Positions 11,684-21,780 of a DNA stretch of 62,278 bases are shown piece after piece. How positions within the stretch are numbered: position 1 is the first letter of the stretch; every line of letters begins with the position of its first letter. The notes under the pieces are model-generated. The model saw nothing but the letters and a program-made list of their open reading frames with translations. It made no database searches and was not told where the DNA came from. Source of the DNA: Corallochytrium limacisporum Hawaii (taxonomy: Eukaryota; Protista; Pluriformea); the NCBI GenBank assembly GCA_002811645.1, contig PDIP01000131.1, positions 10,849 to 73,126 of the forward strand, in the 5' to 3' direction. A program made the translations under genes and the position numbers.

Positions 11684-12589
11684 TTATTCCTGCTTGTCCG
11701 CAAGTCGCTTCCTCTTGGGACCCTTTAGGATGTAGGTCTGAATAAAGAAATTGGAGAAGAGGACAGCATAAGAGGCGTACATAGCCATGCACACCCACAG
11801 ATTCAGTACATGCTCCTCTGGACATGACCCGCTGGAATACCATGCATAGGTCACGTAGATTCCCATGAACATTTGGGCGATCTGAAGTGTAGTAATTGTG
11901 GTCTTGAATACGGACACTGACCGGATGCCTGCGCCGGCAGCTGCATAGTAAGCATACATGATGGTGTGGACCACATAGTTCATGGTGGAGAACCACAGTC
12001 CAGTGGATGTCTTTGCCTTCCAGCTCCACAGACAGTACAAAGAGGTGGCGATGTGGTGATACCAATGCAGGAAAATCAGAGGCTTGCGGCGCAGCACGAT
12101 CAAGTATGTGTCAACGTATTCGGGAAACTTGCTCAGACAAAAGAGGAACACCCAAAGGGCAACTGATGGGTCTTGTACATACTCGATGGAGGTCACCGTC
12201 GTCAAGAATCCGTGATGATACCAGGTGGACAACAAGTAGGGTACAGTTCTCAGAGCACCAAAGAGTGAGAACAGAGAGAGAAAGGCGCTCCATGCGACCG
12301 CTGTCCAGCGTAGGTCAAAAGCTTTCTTGTCTTTCATGTATTGTTGAACACCGAATATGACAGGGACATAGACAATTGCGCTTACTACGAACATCCACTC
12401 GTTGCCATCGAGCCACCGGTCGAAACCGTCGGCTCCGGTGGCATTCATATAGCCCTTAATGTAGGTCTCCGTGGTATCAATTAAGCTATTCATCGTGCCA
12501 GAGTGATCTACCTGAAAGTGTCCGTGCCCGCTATACTGTATCCAGTCAACGCCAATGTCGTCCAGCGACTCTCTGCTCGTGATCAACAT
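11684..12589 (-). CDS. Fatty acid elongase, GNS1/SUR4 (ELO) family, ELOVL6-like
   Basis: Motifs SKFPEYVDT, FLHWYHH, MNYVVHTIMYAYY and ITTLQIAQM; multiple TM segments; basic C-terminus. The true start may be the ATG at 12493. Confidence 0.95.
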   Translation of the reverse strand: MLITSRESLDDIGVDWIQYSGHGHFQVDHSGTMNSLIDTTETYIKGYMNATGADGFDRWLDGNEWMFVVSAIVYVPVIFGVQQYMKDKKAFDLRWTAVAWSAFLSLFSLFGALRTVPYLLSTWYHHGFLTTVTSIEYVQDPSVALWVFLFCLSKFPEYVDTYLIVLRRKPLIFLHWYHHIATSLYCLWSWKAKTSTGLWFSTMNYVVHTIMYAYYAAAGAGIRSVSVFKTTITTLQIAQMFMGIYVTYAWYSSGSCPEEHVLNLWVCMAMYASYAVLFSNFFIQTYILKGPKRKRLADKQE

Positions 12590-13011
12590 TCTATGTTTCG
12601 TGGTTATGTACCTTTGTGACTACTGTTTTCAGGGAATCTACAGGTACCTTGATGCCTAACATTAGGCACACATAACTAGAAAAATGTCACCTAACCGTGG
12701 ATCCACGCTGACTACGCAGGTCTCGGAAGCTATAACTACAGAATGTGGTCCAATGGCCGACTCTTCTCACCCGACTTTGGTGCTGATCGCCACCAGAGCC
12801 GAAGAGAATTGCGGAAGGTCTTTGTGCCCTCTGTGTTTGGGGCGATTGATCGTCGAAGAGCATGGCACGCATCGATAATAATGCGTTCATGCAACACACG
12901 AACTGGTCGAAGTGGAAAGTTGGGTCATCAGTCAAAACAGGCGCCGAGCGTGCTCTGCTACCCGCCCTTTTCCCCCATTGTGGGGTTTTGACGCACTAAC
13001 CTACTCAGGCC

Positions 13012-13900
13012 ACACACACACACACACTCTCTCTCTCTCTCTCTCTCCCCACGTTTTTTTCCCTTTGCTCCAAGCACACATACGGAAAGAAGGAGATTCG
13101 GGTACAGGAGGTTTGGGTGTTTGTTTAATGCAACAGTCACGGCAATTTCTTGTTCCATTGTTTTTAAGCGGTTCCTTTTCTTCATTTCCGTTTGTTCTTG
13201 GTTTTCTTCTGCTGTGGCTTTCCTGCCAACCAAAAAGAAACACACACACACACACACACATACACACGGGGGAAGGATTTAAGGAGGGGGGGAGGGGGTT
13301 GGTAAAAACCCGACTCTGTGCGTCTGCGTGTTCGGCGTGTGAGAGACTGTGGGGTGCATCAGCAACATTTCCCCCCTCCCCTCCCCCCCCCCAACCTCCG
13401 TTACGCCGCTCCCTTTTTTCTTTTCTCTCTCTCTCCTTCCACCTCCCTCTGCTTTTTGTTGAATATTTTTTCTCCTTTGCGCGCCGCTGGGCATGAGGTT
13501 GGGGACCCACCCAACTCCTAATCCCGGGGAGGTTGGCGGGAGGACACACCAACAAACGGCCGTATTTGCTTTCCTCTCCACATCTCCCATCCATAAAAGT
13601 CTCACTCGCTCACTCTTCTGCTGTCTATATCGGTTTGCGATGATGCCTGTCTGCATCGTGGCTCTTCGCCTGGATGTCTGTCGGTGTTCTCTTGAGCTCT
13701 TGTGAGAGATCGCGGGAAAACGAGGAAGGGGCACGCTGACAATTGCGGCAGAAGCTGCAAAAAAAAAAGTTTCCGTTCGTCTCGGAAAAAGTAAAAAGAG
13801 CACCAACGCGCATAAGGAAAAGAAGGAAAAAACTACCACCCGCAGAGGCCCCCCCCCCTTCCCTTCCTGCCCTCTCCTCAGGTTTTGGGGGAAGGGTTTG
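13012..13900. repeat. (CA)n/(CT)n microsatellite and homopolymer island upstream of ELO
   Basis: Direct reading of CA, CT, poly-C, poly-G and poly-A runs. Confidence 0.8.
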
Positions 13901-16201
13901 GTCCGGGGGCAGTCTGCGTGGAGGTTTTGGCCCGGGGGGCCCTGGTGAGTGGAGCGGGGGCCTTAGAAACTCAAATTCCGCTCGGGCACATGGGAAAAAT
14001 AGTGTGGTCGACGGGCAGAGCGACACAATGGAGAGAGATCGTAGCCTTGTATTCTGTGGTGTGTTTCTTTTGGGGTGATCTGCCCGCAACTTTTGCCTGG
14101 TCAGATACGAATTGATCCTGAGCGATCCGCATGTGCGTAGAGGTGTCGGCCATGGTCTGAACGGGTCCTGGTAGGCAAACTGGTCAACGTCGTAGGCGGC
14201 AACACATCAGCATGACTGCATAATACATGCCCATCGAACACCATAGCCACTATGATCACAATTTTTCAATAGTACGCAGGACGGCGTTTCGGATCTCTGG
14301 TCCATTACCGTTAATGTGTTGGATGTCCGAGCCGCTGACTTGGTGTGACCACTGCCAACGGTGAAGGATAGAGGGAAAGCCATACATGCGCGGTGGCCAA
14401 AGTGTGGGACCCGCAACCACCGCTTTTCTCGCTCTGGTGCGATCTTTGTTCCGACCCTACGCGATGGGTACAGCTTCCAGTTGTGGAGACATGTGACTAA
14501 CAGCGCCCATTCCCTGCTATATTGACAATGCTTCTCCGGAGAGCGATACGGTCAATATAGACCCCTCAAGCCAGGGCCGAGCGTTTCAGATGTCCACAGG
14601 AGCAAAACAAAAAATTGCGCAGCCGCGGCGGGTCTACCGACCCAAAAAAAATTAATCTCTCCGGGAAAAATTGGGGTGTTCTCGGGCCCGTACCCAATGT
14701 ACCAATATCACAACCCCCAAATTTTAAATTTCCGTGGGTGGCCGCCACCGAGCGGCCATTTTTTTTTGGGGTAGGAACCGCTGGGCTTTCGGCTTCCCCA
14801 GGGAGAACTAGAGGCTTGCCCGGGATGAACAATCGTACTCTGTGGTTATCTGCGCATGTAGCTGACATCTTTAAAGCAGCGGGTACGTATCGGACACTGA
14901 AGACTCATTGTGTTTGCCTTATGTCAGTATCATGTGGACCCGCGAAGAAACCGAACCGTCGATAGCTGGCGCATTCAAAGTAACCGCCGCTACAACTGCA
15001 ACCCGTCGCGTACCCAACCCCTGTGCTCTTCGGCCCCTTCCTGTACCGAGGAAACTGACGATGAGAAAACCTTCTATTTTTGGGCACCCATCCGACGAAA
15101 CAGACACGGCTTGACACCGGGCAGAGACCACCGTGCGTGTGTGCGAGGAAGCTCCCGGCGGTTTGCTGCTCAGCTGTCACACTCTTGGGAAACCCCCCTA
15201 AAGCGGCTGATGAAACTCTTGTTCACCCACTTCGGTGACGCCCCCCCCCCCTTTCCCGGGGGTCAGGCATGACACAGTGGAAGGGACAAAAAAACACCGC
15301 GGACGGGTTTTTGAGGCATACAAAAAAAAAAGAAAAAAAAATACAAGAAAGAATAAGCAGAGGAAAAAATACCCTCCCTTCCGGGTCCCGAACGACTGGG
15401 GACCACACAACGAAAACACAGAAACCTCCTCCTTTACTACCCCAGTCTTCCCTCGTTCTCTCCCTCTCTCGTCCCCTACCCCCATTTTCACTTGCCTCTC
15501 CACCGTCGTGTATCTTCCCGTGGTTCTTAAACTGACTTTTTTCCCTGATCTCTCTACCCCCAGCCCACATTCATCCCCCTCGGGGGGGGGGGGTGCTCCT
15601 TTTTCCCGAGGGAGCGGTAGGGCGGTGTGAGGCCGGATGACGTAGGACCGAAATTCGAACGTTGTTATTTTTACTTTTTTTTCTTTTTCGGTTTCCACTG
15701 TTCGATAATGACTGGGGAACCAAATCAAACTGTGGCTGAATGTATCTGCCCGGAATTTGGTGACGAGACGAGGCACGCCGAGTGCGTGTACCACAGCGCA
15801 GCACGCCAGGTCCGTGTTGTCTAAAGAAGCTTGTCCGTCAATCACGGCTGACAATGCATGTGACTTTGGGCTGCTGTGGAAGAAATTGAGATCCTCACCT
15901 TATGCCCCGTGGAGCGCGATTTCCTCTCTCTCTCTGCGTGACATACTGACGTCTTTTAAAATATGCTATCCTCGGAGTCGAAATAGACGAGGTTGGCCTG
16001 CTTACCCCAGCTTACGATTGAGATTGTGACGGTCGGGGGAATGAAATGAGAAAAACGAGGGAAAAGTTTAAAAAAGGGTAGACCCGTCGTCCCGGACGAT
16101 TATTTAGCGCTGGTGAGGGAAAGACGGATGGAGCAGGATTGCTGGGAACACTTGACATGCTCCCCATTGACACTTAATCCCCTCATTACACCTATGTGAA
16201 A

Positions 16202-17793
16202 TTACAATTTATTAGCTTCTTGTCGACCCGAATACCCCAGTGGATGACATTGTTTGCGACCGCAAGCTCTTTTCTTTTGTCGAGCAACCCAATTGGGTTT
16301 TGACGAACCTCTGAGGCCAATCCCGAGTGCATTGACGATTCTGGAGGCCGCAGCACTGCCTCCCATGAGGTTCAGTGCGCCGGGTCCAATTCTGAGCCCT
16401 GCGTACTGGCCCATCATGAATACATTGAGGTCTTGATGCACTCTCAGGTCTTCCGTCACTATCGGTAGCCCGTCCAGAACTTCGATGCCGTCACCGTCAG
16501 ATTGGCAAACACATCTTCCCCTTCAAAATTCAATACTGTGCCCGTGGCACACCAAATGGCGTCAAACTTTTCCGATCCACCATTGTCGTATATGGTGGTC
16601 CAGTGATGGAGACCCTCCACAAACTCCACACTGACGACTTCCGTGTTTTCGATTATGTCCAGCTGGCTTGTCTCTGCATACGCCGCGAGGTCGCGCAGGA
16701 CCTCAGGCGACATGCTTCCACCGTTCTTGCTGCGCTTCAGAACTTGTGCACGTTCCTCCATGCTCTCAATACCCCAAAACTCAGCCAAACTATTGGTTCG
16801 TTTCATACCCATCCATTCCAAATCAAGGTCAAACTGGCGCTGGAGGATGGTCCGCCGCGCGACAAGAGTCACATGCACGTCTGGCCGGGAACGCAACGCA
16901 CACAGAGCTAGATGCCCGGCTGTGAGGCCTCCGCCGACCACGAGTATTCTGCTTCGGACGCCATGGTTTGTCGTAGAGGACAAAAATTCCATGACTTCAT
17001 TGGCGTGAAGCAGGGAGCCTCGAGCAGCATCACTGGTGCGGTATCTCTCGCGCGCTTCCTGGGCCCAGTGGGGGAATGCGGGGGCATTCAATGACCCTCG
17101 CGCCACCACCACATTCCTGGCAAGGACTGGCTGCTCATTATCCATGTGAATCTCTAGCAGTGGTGGTGATGAAGTATCGTTCTCGTTGGTTGGCAGGGAA
17201 TCAATGCGCGTCACACTTCCCTTGGTGACCATGTGTTGGAGATTGTAGCGCGAAATGACGGATCTGCAGCAGTCTCTGAATAATGCAGTCGATGGCACTT
17301 CGAATGGCCCATGATATGCTTTGGAGCGGTCAAGATCAATGTCAACGGTATCATTGCTCCGGCGTTTAGTTTCGTCGGCAAAAAAGTGCAGCATATTGCT
17401 GTCAACTGGGTCCGGGTGAGCGGACATGGTTGACCGTAGTGCGGGAATGTGCAATGCTTTGAACTGTTGATCCCATTGGCCCATCCATTGCCCTCTCTTG
17501 TCAATGATCATGCAGCGCTGTAAAAGGTCAAGACGCCTGGCTCGATATTTGGCACATGATGCTTGTTTTACAGTACTCCGGAGATCCTTGTACAGGCTCG
17601 TTCCTTTGGCTGCTGCTGGTTCATTGTCATAGCGAGCTTTCACGCCGGCCCCTCGATGTTGTTTGAATAGTGTTGTGTTCTGTGGGATCTCTTCCTGCGG
17701 ATCCACCCGTGGCTCCAACAGCTTGGACATGAACGCCAATGCATGTGGCCCAGCCCCAATCACCACCACGTCTAATATATTTTCCTCCATCAT
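16202..17793 (-). pseudogene. FAD/NAD(P)-binding oxidoreductase (lysine-monooxygenase-like fold), split by one frameshift near 16490
   Basis: Two Rossmann motifs (DVVVIGAGPHAL, ILVVGGGLTAGHL), LRS, HPDP and WCATG lie in ORF 16459-17853. The C-terminal GLPIVTEDLR...FMMGQYAGLRIGPGALNLMG continues in the -1 frame to the stop at 16202. The shift could be an assembly error in an intact gene. Confidence 0.8.
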
Positions 17794-19056
17794 AAAGGTC
17801 TTGTATCCATCATCATGTTCTTGGATCAACTTTTCTGGTTGGCAACGTCTCAATAAGGACCCCCTCCAGGGTAAGCGTCAGCAAAATGTCGGTCGCCACT
17901 TCCCTCGGAAGGGATCCATTTTCAGTACTGAAGAGGCCTAATTGCTACGTCGGTCGCGAGGGGCACGGGGAGTGGGTTGCGGGGGATGGGCGATTTTCTT
18001 CTCCGTGACATACTGACGTTTATTAAAACAGGGACTTTAAAATGGACTCCCATAAATAGACTCCTGTCCGCTCCATTTCGGACCCGGTGGTAATGGCCAT
18101 GGGGGACCATGGTGGTGTCACCTCCATGGCTCTGGGTGATCGTCGCCAACACTACTGTCCTATTCGTCGGTTCCATGTCGATGCGGCTGTTGTGGATCTG
18201 TCGGCTCTTAAGCTGTCCTAAACTATACCTGCAGAGTATGACCGCCACAGCCATCGTCTCGGCTAATGGGAGACATCACATCCTTGTGTAGATTTCTTTA
18301 TTTTCATATACCGTCTTCATAAAATACTTCAACAGAGTCTCCTTTAATAGTACAATTCTAATGAATACGTTCCCAATAAACATACGGACTATTATAATTA
18401 TCGTTGCCTGCGTCTCCCCTAAGAAACCCCAAATCCCCATTTCAGAGAGATACTCGTCTCATATCACTTCGTAGTGGTACAAGCGACGAAGGACCAGAGA
18501 AGGCAGGGTAAAATTAGGGGGTCGGAGGGGGACCAAAGAAAACAAAAAGGAAAAACAGCAGGAGATGGGGCATACAAGTTTCCTACCTCCGGCCCGGTTT
18601 AGTACGGACGGCAACCAGGCCTCGTCCTGGGGCGGGCGGGCGGTACGAGGTTGTGTGTGTGTGCTTGAGCAGCAGACTGGTGGCACTTGTTCGTGCCCTC
18701 CACGGCCGGTTGAGGTCCAGCCCACAGAGGAATGTCTAAGTTTTGTGCATCGGGGTGAGAAGTGCAGATGAAATGGGGCCTCGGATGTGGTGAGCCAATC
18801 TGTTGCTGGTTTGTTTCTGCACGAAAGTGGTTGTTGGTGAACATTTTCATTGGTTTCCATTTTGATCCTATATCGCACAGGACATGGTCACAGACAAAGG
18901 TACATAACTGACGCATGGGAATATTATGCACTGTTGATCAACAAACACAGAAAGTCATATTTGCTGTCGCACGGTGGGATTTCTTTCGGGTGGAGACGCT
19001 GGTAGAAGAAACAACTAAGCCAAAGGCAAGAGAAAGATCCAAAACACAAACAGACA

Positions 19057-20133
19057 ATGGCTCTGCAAATTCCAGTTTCCGGGGACACATCGGCCAAGCT
19101 TCTCGAGCGTCACCACGTAGGAGGACTGGTGTTCTGTAAGCCAGCCCTCTACGACACTCACATTCGCACATCTCAGGAGCGGCTGCTGCGCATTGCAGCC
19201 CAGCGTTCCATTCTGAGTGTTCCTGTCTGGAACGATGAAAAGGATTGGTGGGAAGGCATCTGCCACGTCTTTGACGTGGCTCTCGATCTGGTCAGACCGG
19301 TCGAAGGCGGGGGTGCCATTGACGCGGCAGTGATGGAGCAACGGGCGAAAGAACTGAAGGAACGGACCGTTGTGCAGGCTCTTGCCACCACGGGCCGTAC
19401 TACACCACCCCAGATTGCCGCGGACACATCAATCCTCGAAGCGGCGCGTCTGCTCTGCTCCCGGGAGAAGCAGTACGATGCACGGGCCATTGTGCGGCAG
19501 GTCAACACTCCCATCCCGGACACCATCAGCAGGGGTTCGTCGTCCTCCAACAACAGTAATGGTTTAATCTCCCCTAGGCCCTTTACTTCGGGCCTGACAA
19601 TTGAGGACCTTGACCCGGACGAGGCACGAAGCTCAATGCACCGCCTGGTCACCCTCACGGACATTGCGCGGTACATTACCTTGCACAGCCAGGTCACACA
19701 AGATGTCGGTAACAAAACTTTGGAGCAGGTCGGTGCGCTGGCCACAGGTGATCAGAATTTGGTCACAGCAGACATGGTGACCATTGAATGTCTGCAGCAT
19801 CTACAGGGCACCGGTCGGGATGGCGCCGCAATCGTGAACAGCAAGGAGGACCGAAAGCTGGTCGGTGGCATTAGCACATCGCAGATCCGTGGTCTGCGCA
19901 GTAACAATGTCAAAGACCTGTTGCAGCCATGCCTGCAATTCGTAAAGAATGCTGTCGCGGGTAGATTCGGCACGGAGCAGACGCTTACTGCGAGTCCCTC
20001 GGACACGCTCCTGGACTGTTTGAACCGATGCCTGGCCGGACGGGCGCATAGGATCTTTGTGGTGGACGACGATAACCGGCAGTTCAAGTGCACCCTGTCC
20101 TTCGTTGATCTCATTAAACCGTTTCTGGGATGA
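19057..20133 (+). CDS. CBS (Bateman) domain protein, AMPK-gamma/SDS23-like
   Basis: CBS-like segments ILSVPVWND...EGI, AAIVNS...LVGGIS and AHRIFVVDDD...LSFVDLI; 358-aa ORF with clean ATG context (ACAATGG). Confidence 0.8.
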   Translation: MALQIPVSGDTSAKLLERHHVGGLVFCKPALYDTHIRTSQERLLRIAAQRSILSVPVWNDEKDWWEGICHVFDVALDLVRPVEGGGAIDAAVMEQRAKELKERTVVQALATTGRTTPPQIAADTSILEAARLLCSREKQYDARAIVRQVNTPIPDTISRGSSSSNNSNGLISPRPFTSGLTIEDLDPDEARSSMHRLVTLTDIARYITLHSQVTQDVGNKTLEQVGALATGDQNLVTADMVTIECLQHLQGTGRDGAAIVNSKEDRKLVGGISTSQIRGLRSNNVKDLLQPCLQFVKNAVAGRFGTEQTLTASPSDTLLDCLNRCLAGRAHRIFVVDDDNRQFKCTLSFVDLIKPFLG

Positions 20134-20304
20134 GGACATCGGTTGGGCAGGGTTCTAAATCGCAAAGGGATAGCATTGCGAGTGATACCTTCGACATGTA
20201 TCTCAGACACATATATGCAATTTATATACTATAGTTGAAGAAACAGTTCAAACCGTGATTTCACATTCTACAGGAAACTTGTATCCGTTAATCCATGGCC
20301 GTAG

Positions 20305-20994
20305 CTATGATCCCTCAACGTCCCGCGGCACACAGAACCGCCGGCTCCAGTACAACAGCGGCCGCGGTCCGCCCTTGGTCGGAGCACCGGGCGGCCGGAT
20401 TACCAAGCGCACGTCTCCAAACCAAACGAAATGGTCACCCATAGCCAACGGAGCCCCACGCGTGGTGCAGACTAGCGCACCAATAGAATTTTTGAGAATC
20501 GGAATCCCAGGGCCGTCGATAATCTCTGCATCTTCCTGGACGCTCCATCCCCGACTGCTAACCGTCCAGGGCGGCGATTTGCCTACTCTCTCTGTGCCTA
20601 TCACATTGTCGTTGTGCTCTGAGATGGGGGAAAAGGCCTGCTTCACGTACCGCGGATCATTGTGCAGTCTATATCGAATGTCTTCTGTAAACTGTCGCTC
20701 CACCAGGGGCGTGGCGAAGTGCTGTGCGATAGTCGTCTGGTCATCGGATAAGAAGTTAATCGCGAAGCGTTTGTTCGCGAGAATGGCATCATGAAGCCGT
20801 GACGGTGGTTTGATACAGAACGAAAAGATGGGGGGACTCAAAGACACTGAAGTGTGTGAGTTGCTGGTCGCACCGCGTGGTCCGTGGTTATCTGCTCCAC
20901 AGTTTGGCGCCGTGACGATTGCTACAGTTTGGGCAGTGTTCCGCATCAGCAACCGGAGCGTTTCACCCAGTGCGGGTCTGATGCCCGCTGTCAT
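20305..20994 (-). CDS. Flavin reductase-like protein (Flavin_Reduct family)
   Basis: LRLLMR...VAIVT, GATSNSHTSVSLSPP, FAINFLSDDQ...AQHFA, GDH and PLLY motifs; first ATG at 20994. Confidence 0.92.
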   Translation of the reverse strand: MTAGIRPALGETLRLLMRNTAQTVAIVTAPNCGADNHGPRGATSNSHTSVSLSPPIFSFCIKPPSRLHDAILANKRFAINFLSDDQTTIAQHFATPLVERQFTEDIRYRLHNDPRYVKQAFSPISEHNDNVIGTERVGKSPPWTVSSRGWSVQEDAEIIDGPGIPILKNSIGALVCTTRGAPLAMGDHFVWFGDVRLVIRPPGAPTKGGPRPLLYWSRRFCVPRDVEGS

Positions 20995-21780
20995 AATGTT
21001 CAAAAAAAAAAGGTAACTTTCTAGAAGAGGTGATGTGCTGTATCAGTTTACTTCACCATGGTTGTCTCGTACTATTCACATTTGTATACAATCCCCCGGT
21101 GACACGAGTCACACATCCTGCACGTCGTCGCACTATAACAACAGGAGGGAGCCAAAAGAAGCGGTCGTTCCTTTTCTCTTCTGCCAGTCCCGTACCTATC
21201 TCAACAATAAACAATTGCTAAACATCCTGTCCCGCATCAAACTCCCTTTGATTTACCTTTAGTTGACCTCGGTGCGCCCTGCCTCTTTCTGCAGGGCACG
21301 GATTCGCGTGGGATCGGGTATTGCTTGCGCGGGCCACTCGGTTTGCACTGCCCAGGAAACCCTCGGCCCCCCCCTCCCCGGAGGGGGGAGGACCCCGGGT
21401 CTGGCCGTCCGGTCAGGCAGGGGCTGCTTCTCCTCCGGTGGTTCATTCGATATACTTCCTCATTGCGAAACTGCGAACTCCCAGCCACCGCTGAAATGGC
21501 GATCTGTGATGAATTCCCGGTGTCGGTGACATATGCACGATGGCAACCGAAACTGTTCGCATTGGGGTTTTCTGTTTCAGGGTACATCGAGGAAGATACC
21601 GTATGTTTGAAACCAAAAGTTCCGGGTCCCTGCCATCTTCTAGTGAATGAAAGCACACTGCTTACGTTTATCTATTCTTACAACAAAGGTAATCGCACAA
21701 GGTGTTCTGTAACGGATGCGTGTTCCCAAAAGCAGAACGGATCTAGTGCATGTTCCTGTATCCTTCTTTCAAATCGTCTT

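Noticed and set aside
16455-16555. Micro-intron explaining the oxidoreductase frameshift
   Set aside because: Available GT-AG pairs give 15, 31 or 33 nt (wrong phase) or would delete the conserved CATG motif.
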